A DNA stretch of 36,936 nt from Desulfobacterales bacterium (GCA_050121225.1 JASFJP010000001.1:1-36936); one strand, 5' to 3'; counted from the stretch's first letter, positions 1 through 9,016 are shown. Made by a program: numbers and translations. Notes: a model not told the origin generated them from the letters alone.

Positions 1-547
1 TAAATTCATACTTCTGGTCCGAGTCGTGGTCGAGAAAGGTTACGTTAATTTGCGTTAATGATAGTTCATCCACCTCAACTAACTCTACCGCAAAGCCGTC
101 GGCGCTGTCTGTTGATGGTGCTGAGGGTTCTGCCGTCTTTTTGGCAAAATCAAACAGCCAATTTTTTTCTCCATGCGGTTTGCTCTCAAGGTGAACATCT
201 ATCCCATTGGCGTTTATTTCCTGAATATGAATCCTGCCACGTAACAACGGCAGAATCCGAATTTGGGCTTGAAACCGGTTGACGCCAACAAAATTGTCTG
301 TGTCCCAAGACGGTGGATTGGAAATTCGTAACCCCTCCAGTTCCACTGACGGCCGAAAACTTACTTCAAAGGCGAGATGACCATCGATATAAACGTTTCT
401 GCCGAGTGCTTTGGATACCGTGGTTTCCGCTTTTTCTCGAATTCCATTTAAATTCACCGGAATCCCGATTGTCAGCGCAATTAAAATGAGGAGCACCAGC
501 AGTCCTAATATATATACGGTCCGCTTCACATATTTTGAAAACTCCAT
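1..547 (-). CDS. AsmA-family protein, N-terminal part (runs off window start)
   Basis: Not in ORF track. Manual translation from ATG at 547 (AGGAG upstream): MEFSKYVKRTVYILGLLVLLILIALTIGIPVNLNGIREKAETTVSKALGRNVYIDG...ISNPPSW...LPLLRGRIHI...GEKNWLF. N-terminal TM anchor plus AsmA-like motifs; open to base 1. Confidence 0.7.
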   Translation of the reverse strand, partial: MEFSKYVKRTVYILGLLVLLILIALTIGIPVNLNGIREKAETTVSKALGRNVYIDGHLAFEVSFRPSVELEGLRISNPPSWDTDNFVGVNRFQAQIRILPLLRGRIHIQEINANGIDVHLESKPHGEKNWLFDFAKKTAEPSAPSTDSADGFAVELVEVDELSLTQINVTFLDHDSDQKYEF

Positions 548-908
548 TCCCTGCTCCTACTATACCGGTTTGAAAACCTCAACCGAAACATGAATGATGA
601 CAACCGTAATTTTTTTATCGGTCGTTCTTCCCGGTACCTCGATCCCTTTGCCTGATAGTAATCACTTAGTCCAAATCAGCAAGATACTTAATAAAGTTGC
701 GCAGTGTTCATCATTGCAATCAGTTGACTTTCCCCTCTAAAGGATCTAAATCTTCTTTAAGATTGTATGCTGAAGTAATGGTCCCATGGTTCAGTTACCG
801 ATGTAACCGTATATATGAGACACATGCCAAAATTGAGGCATTCTTTTTATTTTGAAATGGTAGCGTACCATAATTTGAGTTCATTTTAGTCACTTCAGAC
901 CCTAGTGA

Positions 909-930
909 GTAAATACGTCATCGTATTTAC
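909..930. repeat. Perfect 9-bp inverted repeat GTAAATACG-N4-CGTATTTAC (small palindromic element or operator)
   Basis: Directly visible in the divergent intergenic region. Confidence 0.5.
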
Positions 931-991
931 GAATCGTTGGACTTAGTTTGCTTGCCACACTTTAAAAACAACAACGTATGGTTGGATAGCC

Positions 992-1978
992 ATGCCGGCG
1001 AATTTACCACCCGACTACTTTTCTGCTGAAAAGCGTTATCGCGAGGCCAGAACCCCTACGGAAAAAATCACCTGCCTTGAAGAAATGCTCACCATCATGC
1101 CCAAACATAAGGGCACCGATAAACTACGCGCGGATCTGCGTAAAAAAATCTCCAAACTCAAAAGCGCCAGCCAGGGTAAAAAAGGTATCAGCAAAAGAGA
1201 TTCCGCTTTTCACATAGACAAGGAAGGTGCCGGTCAGGTGGCGGTAATCGGTCCGGCCAATGTCGGTAAATCTGCACTGGTAGCAACAGTTACCAATGCC
1301 AATCCGGAGGTGGCCGACTACCCACACACCACCTGGAAACCGACTCCCGGCATGATGCCGGTTGGAAATATCCAGATCCAGCTTGTGGATACGCCACCAT
1401 TGAACCGGGAATATGTTGAGCCGGCACTGTTGGATCTCATTCGCCGCGCAGACCTCATTCTGCTTGTTGTTGATTTGCAAACGGATCCTGTACAGCAGCT
1501 CGAAGACACGGTGGCATTGCTAAAAGAGCATCACATCGCGCCACTGCGGCTCAGCGATCGTTTTCCCGGACTCCAACGGATGCTCTTTATCCCATTCCTG
1601 GTGCTGGCCAATAAAAATGACGATGCCGACTCACAGGAAAATTTTGAAATCTTTCGCGAACTGCTTGAAGATAACTGGCCCATGGTTACAATATCCGTAG
1701 TCAGCCATCGCAATCTGGATACGCTCAAGCAAACCATCGTTGAACGGCTGCGGATTATTCGTGTGTACTCCAAGGCTCCCGGCAAAGAACCGGATCGCGG
1801 CTCTCCTTTCACCTTAAAAAAAGGCAGCACCGTGGGAGATTTTGCCAGCAAAGTTCACAAAGATTTTGCCGACAAACTGAAAGTTGCCAAAATCTGGGGA
1901 GAAAACGTGTTTGACGGACAGATGGTGCATCGGGATCATGTCCTCCATGATGAAGATGTGGTTGAATTGCACATCTGA
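992..1978 (+). CDS. DRG/OBG-family GTP-binding protein with C-terminal TGS domain
   Basis: N-terminal PKHKGTDKLRADL helix typical of DRG; G1 GPANVGKS, G2 YPHTT, G3 variant DTPP, G4 NKND; TGS-like C-terminus (GSTVGDFASKVHKDF...DHVLHDEDVVELH). Confidence 0.88.
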   Translation: MPANLPPDYFSAEKRYREARTPTEKITCLEEMLTIMPKHKGTDKLRADLRKKISKLKSASQGKKGISKRDSAFHIDKEGAGQVAVIGPANVGKSALVATVTNANPEVADYPHTTWKPTPGMMPVGNIQIQLVDTPPLNREYVEPALLDLIRRADLILLVVDLQTDPVQQLEDTVALLKEHHIAPLRLSDRFPGLQRMLFIPFLVLANKNDDADSQENFEIFRELLEDNWPMVTISVVSHRNLDTLKQTIVERLRIIRVYSKAPGKEPDRGSPFTLKKGSTVGDFASKVHKDFADKLKVAKIWGENVFDGQMVHRDHVLHDEDVVELHI

Positions 1979-2044
1979 ATTGACTATCGACGATTGGAAC
2001 TATATTTCCGAAGAAACGGTTCTCCCATCCCAAAACGGTTATAA

Positions 2045-3016
2045 ATGGAAGCCCCAGAACTTTTTGTCATCCACCAAGGAGCACTTGGAGATTTTGTAGC
2101 AATCTTTCCAGCGCTCTTAGAGCTTAAAAGATATTATAAGCGAATCGAAGTATTGTGTCAGAACCAGCTGGGTATATTGGCCAAGGAACTGGGTATTATA
2201 GATAAATATTACCCCCAAGAAAGTGCTTTGGCTGCTTCTCTATTCGTCGATCAGATCGAGCCCAAAATGGTAGATCTGCTAAAGTCGTTTGCAGCAATTT
2301 TGCTTTTCTCTAATTCCAGTCAGCTGCTGCACACGATTCATCACGTTACGGGCACCCCTTGCCATCGAATACCCCCGAAACCACCCGCGCAAAAACGAAT
2401 TCATGTTACTGAATTTGCGTTGAATAGTCTCGTCGAGCAAGGGCTGCTTTCAAAGGTAGATTTAAATCCGGCAGGCACTATGGAGCGACACCTAAGAGAG
2501 AATGTGAATCATCAAACACGTAATCCAAAGAAAATACTGCTTCATCCCGGCGCCGGCAGTCTCAGAAAGCGCTGGCCCATATCTCTTTTTTTAAAAATTG
2601 AGTCAATGCTCAAATCCAACGCATTAGAGCCTGGATTCATCGTGGGCCCGGCGGAACAGGATCTGGCCAAAACGCTGCTTGATCCTCATCACCCAGATCG
2701 CACAGTGCATGCGTTGATTGAGACAATGGATTTGTTGGTATTGCTCAAGTCGGCAGGCGGCTATATCGGAAATGATTCCGGAGTGAGCCATCTGGCGGCA
2801 TTCTTGGGCCTGCCAACCACCGTGATTTTTGGTCCAGCCGATCCCCGACGCTGGAAACCGTTTGGGCGATCGGTTGAGGTCGTTCGCCCCAAGCTCGAGT
2901 GTCAGCCCTGTTTTGAAACCCAGAAAGAAAATTGTGAGGACCCAATATGTCTAAAAAACACCCCAGCTGAAACCGTGATCGATGCATTTTATCGCGCTTA
3001 TAAGAAGTCTTCTTAA
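2045..3016 (+). CDS. Glycosyltransferase family 9 (heptosyltransferase-like)
   Basis: GALGDF, HPGAGS..KRWP, IGNDSGVSHLAA..G.PT..IFGP motifs and CxPC. Confidence 0.88.
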   Translation: MEAPELFVIHQGALGDFVAIFPALLELKRYYKRIEVLCQNQLGILAKELGIIDKYYPQESALAASLFVDQIEPKMVDLLKSFAAILLFSNSSQLLHTIHHVTGTPCHRIPPKPPAQKRIHVTEFALNSLVEQGLLSKVDLNPAGTMERHLRENVNHQTRNPKKILLHPGAGSLRKRWPISLFLKIESMLKSNALEPGFIVGPAEQDLAKTLLDPHHPDRTVHALIETMDLLVLLKSAGGYIGNDSGVSHLAAFLGLPTTVIFGPADPRRWKPFGRSVEVVRPKLECQPCFETQKENCEDPICLKNTPAETVIDAFYRAYKKSS

Positions 3017-3042
3017 ATTTTCTTGGTACTTAGGACAAACAT

Positions 3043-3537
3043 TTATGTTTCTAGTTCCTTATACATTACATGCGCATCCACAAATCCAAGCTGGTGGTGT
3101 CGAAACGCTTTGGGCAGGGTCCCGACCACTTGAAACCCATGTCTTTTCCATAGGCGGATCGCGCCTTCATTCGTGGAGACAACCATGTTGTACTGCATCG
3201 CCCGGAAGCCGCGAGATATGGCCTCTCGCTGAGAATGCTCACACATTTCGGATGCGACCCCTTTGCGTCGGGAATGTTCTGCGACGACATAGCCACAGTT
3301 ACAGACGTGAGCTCCGAGGACAGGTTGATTTGGTTTGATGTAGTAGGTGCCAACGACCTCGTTAGTTTCATCGACTGCAACAAACGTCGCTGATGGCGTT
3401 TCTACCCATACATGGTATGCGCCCTCTTCAGTGATATCCGGCGAAAAAGCGTAGGTTTCACCAGCCCTGAACTCAGGCGCAATAATATTCCATGTGGCTT
3501 CCCAATCCATTTCTTCAAAATGTCTAATCTTGACCAT
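3043..3537 (-). CDS. GNAT-family N-acetyltransferase (probable integron cassette gene)
   Basis: AGETYAF, HVCNCGYVV...RRKGVA acetyl-CoA loop, VVSTNEGAIRLWKRHGF..VGTLPKAFRH; lies downstream of a degenerate attC. Confidence 0.88.
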   Translation of the reverse strand: MVKIRHFEEMDWEATWNIIAPEFRAGETYAFSPDITEEGAYHVWVETPSATFVAVDETNEVVGTYYIKPNQPVLGAHVCNCGYVVAEHSRRKGVASEMCEHSQREAISRGFRAMQYNMVVSTNEGAIRLWKRHGFQVVGTLPKAFRHHQLGFVDAHVMYKELET

Positions 3538-3563
3538 TTTCTTTTTTACTTTCTAGGGAATAC

Positions 3564-3622
3564 CAGAGGGACACAAATAAGCCGTGAGTACACGAGTTGG
3601 CTGAATTTTGCTTTGCTATCCG
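3564..3622 (-). mobile_element. Degenerate integron attC site after the methyltransferase
   Basis: Minus strand CGGATAGC-AAAGC-AAAATTCAGCC...GGCTTATTTG. CGGATAGC overlaps the stop codon and is 2 mismatches from CGGCTAAC, the complement of the cassette's GTTAGCCG start. L boxes still pair; R' is lost. Confidence 0.5.
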
Positions 3623-4344
3623 TTTTTGATTGCACCAAAAGCTGCAAAACAAGAATTTTTATGTAAAAGCTCAATATGATCGAATCCTACTTTGCGGAGA
3701 AGGTCCAATTGATAGGTAACCGGCCTCGGTGAATCTTCCTTCTCGATATATTCAAAGACTTTGGTCCTATAGGATTCTCCACCCACAGAACAAAGATATT
3801 CACCATACCGTTCACACATCATAAATTGAACGGGTTCGGTTTCATGAGATACCAGATCCGTAATCCAGACGCTTCCACCTGGGGCTGTTAGCCGATAGAT
3901 CTTTCTAAAGGTTGATTCCCAATCCTGATCATCACGCAAATGATGTAAAACGGCTGCTGCAAAAATGATATCGTATCCTTGTTCAGGCAAATCGATTTCA
4001 CGAAAATCGCCTTGAATTATTTCTATCTTGCCGGTGTTGACCTCTGAAATCCGCTCGTATGCCTTCTCCAGCATAGATGAGCTGAGATCAACAAGATCAC
4101 AATCAAACGGTGAAACAAATTGAGAAAGTTTTATGGTATTATTGCCAGCGCCACAGCCGATATCTAAAACTTTTTGGATGTTTACAGTTGATTTAATGGC
4201 ACCTTGTGTAATCAGCTCCATTGCTAATGGCGCATCAATGGTCGATGTCTGTCCGGTTTCGAGGTTTGAAAATCGTTCAACATCATTATCAAATCGAGCT
4301 TTTATTTCCGCTACCGATGATTTCTCTTTGAGCGGTGTGTCCAT
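3616..4344 (-). CDS. Class I SAM-dependent methyltransferase (CmoA/Methyltransf_25-like), integron cassette gene
   Basis: VLDIGCGAG motif I, DLS..ML, AAAVLHHL, L.PGG; RBS GAGGA; starts right after the attC R' site. Confidence 0.88.
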   Translation of the reverse strand: MDTPLKEKSSVAEIKARFDNDVERFSNLETGQTSTIDAPLAMELITQGAIKSTVNIQKVLDIGCGAGNNTIKLSQFVSPFDCDLVDLSSSMLEKAYERISEVNTGKIEIIQGDFREIDLPEQGYDIIFAAAVLHHLRDDQDWESTFRKIYRLTAPGGSVWITDLVSHETEPVQFMMCERYGEYLCSVGGESYRTKVFEYIEKEDSPRPVTYQLDLLRKVGFDHIELLHKNSCFAAFGAIKNG

Positions 4345-4359
4345 AATTCCTCACTGTCC

Positions 4360-4435
4360 GGCTAACGCCGCAAATCACCAGCAAGAAATTGCGGGCGGCT
4401 GAATTTGCAGTCCGAGTGAATTTGCTTTGTTAGGC
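4360..4435 (-). mobile_element. Integron attC recombination site
   Basis: Minus strand GCCTAAC (R'') - AAA - GCAAATTCAC (L'') ... GTGATTTGC (L') - GGC - GTTAGCC (R'). L boxes pair with one extrahelical base; 76 bp. Confidence 0.8.
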
Positions 4436-4519
4436 GTTCTCTCTCCTCGCTGAAATCGTCCAAGCTGGAGAGGGCGTTGATCGTCTCTAGACGCGGTGCG
4501 TACGCCAGGTTGCGGCGAC

Positions 4520-4686
4520 CACGTCTGCATTGCACGGTTCGGGCAAATCAATATGCCCTCGCCGCACCCAATGCACTTTTTGGAATTTATTTGAGCTTTG
4601 CCGAGATCTCTAAGTTTCCCAACAAAGTTATGCTTGTGTTTCGCCATCAGATCAATAAAATAGACTTTGCTCGACATCACCATCAT
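4520..4686 (-). pseudogene. Remnant of DUF362/4Fe-4S dicluster protein (large internal deletion, truncated)
   Basis: N-terminus MSSKVYFIDL...NFVGKL joined directly to a ferredoxin-like KAQINSKKCIGCGEGILICP (third Cys lost), then unrelated sequence. Confidence 0.55.
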
Positions 4687-4809
4687 CCAAATAACGTTCT
4701 AGTGAAACAGAACGTATAGGAAATACACCTAATTTTGTCCACAAATTTATGTCACACAATCAGATGATTATATAAGCCCATGTTTTGCCGGTTAAGGAGT
4801 GAATACGTT

Positions 4810-5487
4810 ATGCTTGAAAAAAAATTAGCGGCTTTGGAAGGAATTTACGTCATCTATGACAACTTTATGAAGACCCAGGATATCGCCTGCAAGAAATACT
4901 GTGCGCATTGCTGTACCGCAAACGTAACCTTAACAACACTCGAAGGATATTACATCATCAGCAAGTTGGTTACAAAAGAAAATACGACTGCAATCACAGG
5001 AATTCGAGAGGCTCCGGAAACAAAACGCTTCCAACCGCAGATAACGACGAATCAGCTGGCAGCGCTTTGTGCCGAGGGTATCGACCCCCCGCCAGAAAAC
5101 GATACGAAGGACCTTCAAGCGTGTCCTGTTCTATCCAATGCTGAATGCCCGATATATTTGCTGAGACCTTTTGGGTGCCGGTGCCTGGTGTCCCGTCAAA
5201 ACTGCGCCGAGAGTAGATCTGCCGAGGTGGATGATTTTGTTCTTTCGGTCAACACCGTCTTTTTGCAGATTATCGAACACGTCGATCACCAGGGATGTAC
5301 GGGGAATCTGCTCGATCTTTTAAAGCTGATGACCACGGATGGTATCCGCGGGGCCTATGAAGAAAATGCTCTCAAATGCGCCGCCTTCGGACTTATAAAA
5401 AACCAGCCTTTGAGTGTGTTGATGATTCCACCGGAGCATCGGATGCGGATGGAGCCGATACTGGCAAAACTACGCGAACTCAGGTGA
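4810..5487 (+). CDS. YkgJ/FliB-like cysteine-cluster protein
   Basis: ACKKYCAHCC, CPVL....CPIY..RPFGCR; AAGGAG RBS before ATG 4810. Confidence 0.75.
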   Translation: MLEKKLAALEGIYVIYDNFMKTQDIACKKYCAHCCTANVTLTTLEGYYIISKLVTKENTTAITGIREAPETKRFQPQITTNQLAALCAEGIDPPPENDTKDLQACPVLSNAECPIYLLRPFGCRCLVSRQNCAESRSAEVDDFVLSVNTVFLQIIEHVDHQGCTGNLLDLLKLMTTDGIRGAYEENALKCAAFGLIKNQPLSVLMIPPEHRMRMEPILAKLRELR

Positions 5488-5556
5488 TAAACGCCCATCC
5501 TTCACATTCACAGGGATAAACGACGTAGCTGTCAATGTCACTTCATTCGATATTTC

Positions 5557-6208
5557 TTATTCGATGTTCAGATCTTGGCGCGTAATCCATCTACAGTCGT
5601 AAGCTTCATCCGGGTCCGACTCAATCTGAAAAAATCCTTCGTCATATTCGGGTTTATCCTGGTAACGGCTCATATAAAACCCCGGTAGCTGTTCAAGGTT
5701 ATCAAATAAACCTGGATCCGCCTCGATGCCGGTTTTGTGCAGCGCCTTAAGCATATCTTCTGGTTTGGGGGGCACCCTTTAACGGGAATCATCTCATGAA
5801 TGCTCGGGTTGTCTTTGTGAGCCTGATAAATACATTTGCCGAGTAAGATCGTTTTTTTCTTGCCCGGTGTCGGTTGCATGGATTTTCCGGTGAGGATCTC
5901 AACGTCGCCCCAGGGTTCGCCCTTCCACGCAAACTGAATGGCTGAAAGCATCAGGCCGTTAACAAGCGAACAGTGCGTGCACATTGACAGATCATATTTG
6001 TGATAAAAAACACCCTTGAGACCCTGTTTGACCAGTGGAAGGGGGAGTATCGCGTCATTTGTTTCGCCGTATTTGAAATCCTATTGGGTTTGACAAACAC
6101 CTTGGCATTCGCGTTCAGATGATCCAGACCATGGAACAACTCAACGGCTTTGCGCACGGATTCCATTGGTGTTTAATAACGAACGACGGCAACTAAATTT
6201 TTGTCCAT
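5557..6208 (-). pseudogene. DUF362-family Fe-S protein pseudogene
   Basis: GGAGG RBS and ATG 6208 MDKNLVAVVRY, premature TAA (6173-6175), then ESVRKAVEL...KVFVKPN. It jumps to C-terminal sequence (KYDLSMCTHCS...LLGKC...VKGCPP) with a further frameshift near 5775. Confidence 0.7.
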
Positions 6209-6227
6209 AATAGACCTCCGGCAATCT

Positions 6228-7067
6228 TTAGCATTTAAGAAGCAGTCTGGCATTTTCGCCGCAGATATGATCCACCTGGGAGGGGGTTAGCCCTGTTTCC
6301 TGGAGTTCATCAAAATATCGTGAAGGCGGCAATAGGGGATAGTCACTTCCAAATAAAATTTTATCAACCCCGATCAGCTTGATCGCGAGCTCATAAATCA
6401 AGGGGTCATAAAGATAAGGGGAAGCGGCGGTATCGACATACACATTTTTTAGATAAGCTCTAACCTCCTTTTTCAAAAGGCTGTAAAAAAATACGCCACC
6501 GCCCCAGTGAGCGAGGACAATTTTATTTTTAGGAAACTCTTTGATCAATCGGTAAATTTGAGCCAGGCTGAGCGGAGTTTTACCTGGATAATGATGTCCG
6601 ATGGGCTCATTGGTGTGGATCAGCACGGGAAGCTGCCGATTTTGGCATAATTGCATAATGGAGGTCAACTGATTCAGAACAGATTCATCGATGCCGGATT
6701 GGTAAAACGCAAGTTCTCCAATACCGGCCAGGCCTCCCTCAATGCAACGTTCTGCTTCGACAAGCGCATCGCTATTGGCAGGATTTAGACAACCCAGTCC
6801 TATCAAACGATGGGGGTGTTTGGCAACGACCCCCATGATATAATCGTTATGTCTTTTCAAGGTTTCCGAATTAAGCCAGGGAAAGCCGAATACTACGGAT
6901 TTATCTACATGGTTTTCGTCCATAGCCTGAATCAATTCCGCCGCGCCAGCAGTTTTGGATTTTGAGGACGAATATAACAGGCTGAAGGCAGGTTCAGCGG
7001 AAACGTAATTTTCCCGGTGTTCGCGAATCTCTTGCGGAAAAAGGTGGGTATGAAAATCAATGATCAT
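6228..7067 (-). CDS. Amidohydrolase family 2 (TIM-barrel metal-dependent hydrolase)
   Basis: IIDFHTH, GIGEL, VLIHT, LAHWGGG, VDTAASP, ILFGSDYP. Confidence 0.9.
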   Translation of the reverse strand: MIIDFHTHLFPQEIREHRENYVSAEPAFSLLYSSSKSKTAGAAELIQAMDENHVDKSVVFGFPWLNSETLKRHNDYIMGVVAKHPHRLIGLGCLNPANSDALVEAERCIEGGLAGIGELAFYQSGIDESVLNQLTSIMQLCQNRQLPVLIHTNEPIGHHYPGKTPLSLAQIYRLIKEFPKNKIVLAHWGGGVFFYSLLKKEVRAYLKNVYVDTAASPYLYDPLIYELAIKLIGVDKILFGSDYPLLPPSRYFDELQETGLTPSQVDHICGENARLLLKC

Positions 7068-7158
7068 GGAGTAGCAGCTAAAGTGATGACCTATTAAGAT
7101 CTTGGCTTAATTTAATTTAATGTGGTTATCCTGATAGCTCAAGTAAGTGAACATCAGC

Positions 7159-7356
7159 GTTGACGGTCACCCGCCTGGCGGACGCGTGAAACTCGCTCAC
7201 AAGGGAGCGTAACAGCAAACAGGGCCTCAAGATCAATAAGACAGTGAGGCGTACACACACGTTGTGGTCTTTTGTAACGGCGCATCATGCTGTTTGATGT
7301 AACGCTCCCTAATGACCTCAGACAGTCACTCTTCCGCCAGGCGGGTGACCGTCAAC
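7159..7356. repeat. Nested inverted-repeat (MITE-like) element
   Basis: Perfect 24-bp outer IR GTTGACGGTCACCCGCCTGGCGGA (7159-7182 / 7333-7356); inner 21-bp IR with 2 mismatches (7202-7222 / 7290-7310); no ORF. Confidence 0.7.
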
Positions 7357-7417
7357 ACCTATTCCAAGAGACGTCACTTGGGCTTTGTGGATAACCAAAT
7401 AATTTAAAAATACTGTC

Positions 7418-7455
7418 AAAAAAAAACGACCAATTGGTGGTTCCAATTAGTCGTT
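7418..7455 (-). terminator. Rho-independent terminator
   Basis: Minus strand AACGACTAATTGG-AACCA-CCAATTGGTCGTT, 13-bp stem with one wobble, running into a 9-T tract. Confidence 0.8.
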
Positions 7456-7490
7456 AAGGAGGAGAACAGATGAAGAAATTATTAGGCTGA
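7418..7490 (-). ncRNA. Candidate sigma54-dependent small RNA with anti-Shine-Dalgarno tract
   Basis: Bounded by a -24/-12 promoter and an intrinsic terminator; contains UUCUUCAUCUGUUCUCCUCCUU. 5' end is estimated. Confidence 0.55.
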
Positions 7491-7500
7491 CAAGAAAGAA

Positions 7501-7517
7501 TGCAATTTCTTTGCCAA
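7501..7517 (-). promoter_or_regulatory. Sigma54 -24/-12 promoter
   Basis: Minus strand TTGGCAAAGAAATTGCA: GG-N10-GC spacing with TGGCA and TTGCA boxes. Confidence 0.7.
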
Positions 7518-7646
7518 TTTCAATTTTAGATTTTAGTTTTGATCAATTTTTTTTAATTTAGTATAAAATTCGTATAGTTATACGTGTACAAAATCAATTT
7601 AATCTTGTCACGACGATCATTTCGAGAAATGAGATTTAATGGTTTT

Positions 7647-7814
7647 GTTCATAATTATTAACCCTTTAATGTACACTTATAAAAAGGTGTTGTTTTTAAA
7701 GTAAATTTTGAATATGGAGTGAAGTTCAAAATTTTGAACCCTAAGCGCTTCGGGCAACAATAGAAAACTTAACAGTTTGAAATTTTTATATAAATTAGGT
7801 TCATATTTTTGAAC
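7647..7814. promoter_or_regulatory. Three 16-bp palindromic sites GTTCA-N6-TGAAC (candidate transcription factor/enhancer sites)
   Basis: GTTCATAATTATTAAC 7647-7662, GTTCAAAATTTTGAAC 7724-7739 (perfect palindrome), GTTCATATTTTTGAAC 7799-7814. Confidence 0.5.
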
Positions 7815-7858
7815 CCATCCCCGAATGGTATCTAATCAGCAAACAAAAAACGTCACAA

Positions 7859-9016
7859 ATGTCTTATCTGATAGAGATAAAAAAGAATCCCATGTACAGA
7901 TATCTGATCGTGTTAGCGATCTGCTCGTCCATGGGATTGCAGACTTGGCAAACGCTGTTCAACAATTTTGCTGTCGAGGTCGCTGGTCTGGATGGCCATC
8001 ACATCGGAATGATCCAGTCCGTCCGAGAAATTCCGGGTTTTCTGGCTTTGATGGCCGTTTATGTGATCATGTTCATGAGAGAACATCGTTTATCGGCTTT
8101 GTCGATTTTATTTCTGGGTCTGGGAATTGGACTTACCGGCCTGTTTCCTTCCTTTTCCGGGCTGCTGATAACGACCCTGGTTATGAGCTTTGGTTTCCAT
8201 TACTATGAAACCACCAATATGTCCCTGACACTTCAGTATTTTGATGAAGGAACATCTCCCTGGGTATTCGGCAAACAACGCAGTGTAGCAGCGGCATCCA
8301 ACATCGCCGTCGGAATTTTAATCTATTTTCTGGCATTTTTGCTGGATTTTTCCAAGATCTATCTTCTCGTTGGAGGTATGATTGCAGCAGCAGCGGCCTG
8401 GGGTTTAACGCAGGATCCCTCGGATACCAAGATTGTCCCGCAGCGTAAAAAAATGATCGTGCGCAAAAAATATTGCCTATTTTACTTTTTAACGTTTATG
8501 GCCGGCGCACGTCGCCAGATATTTATGGCATTTGCCGTTTTGTTGATGGTGCAAAAATTTGAATACTCCGTTCAAGAAATCACCATTCTTTTTGTTATCA
8601 ACAACATAATTAATTATTTTCTAAGTCCGCTAATCGGCAGAAGTATTATCCGTTTTGGCGAACGCAAGGTGCTGTCACTAGAATATTTCAGCCTGATTTT
8701 TATTTTTGTGGCATATGCCACCTCGGGATCCAAACTGCTTGTTGCTGTCCTCTATATCCTGGATCACATTTTTTTCAACTTTGCCATTGCCATCCGCACC
8801 TATTTTCAAAAGGTGGGAGACCCCAGAGACATCGCACCAAGTATGGCTGTCGGCTTCACCATCAACCACATCGCTGCCGTGTCTTTACCCGCCATCGGCG
8901 GTTTGCTGTGGGTAGTCGATCATCGCATTCCGTTTATCGGCGGTGCGATGATGAGCCTGATTTCGTTAATTGCTGTTCAGCTGATCAGGATACCCGTTAA
9001 GGTTCATAGCTCGTAG
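7859..9016 (+). CDS. MFS transporter
   Basis: About 12 hydrophobic segments, QSVREIPGFL, G.....FGERKVL loop motif; start may be 7892. Confidence 0.85.
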   Translation: MSYLIEIKKNPMYRYLIVLAICSSMGLQTWQTLFNNFAVEVAGLDGHHIGMIQSVREIPGFLALMAVYVIMFMREHRLSALSILFLGLGIGLTGLFPSFSGLLITTLVMSFGFHYYETTNMSLTLQYFDEGTSPWVFGKQRSVAAASNIAVGILIYFLAFLLDFSKIYLLVGGMIAAAAAWGLTQDPSDTKIVPQRKKMIVRKKYCLFYFLTFMAGARRQIFMAFAVLLMVQKFEYSVQEITILFVINNIINYFLSPLIGRSIIRFGERKVLSLEYFSLIFIFVAYATSGSKLLVAVLYILDHIFFNFAIAIRTYFQKVGDPRDIAPSMAVGFTINHIAAVSLPAIGGLLWVVDHRIPFIGGAMMSLISLIAVQLIRIPVKVHSS

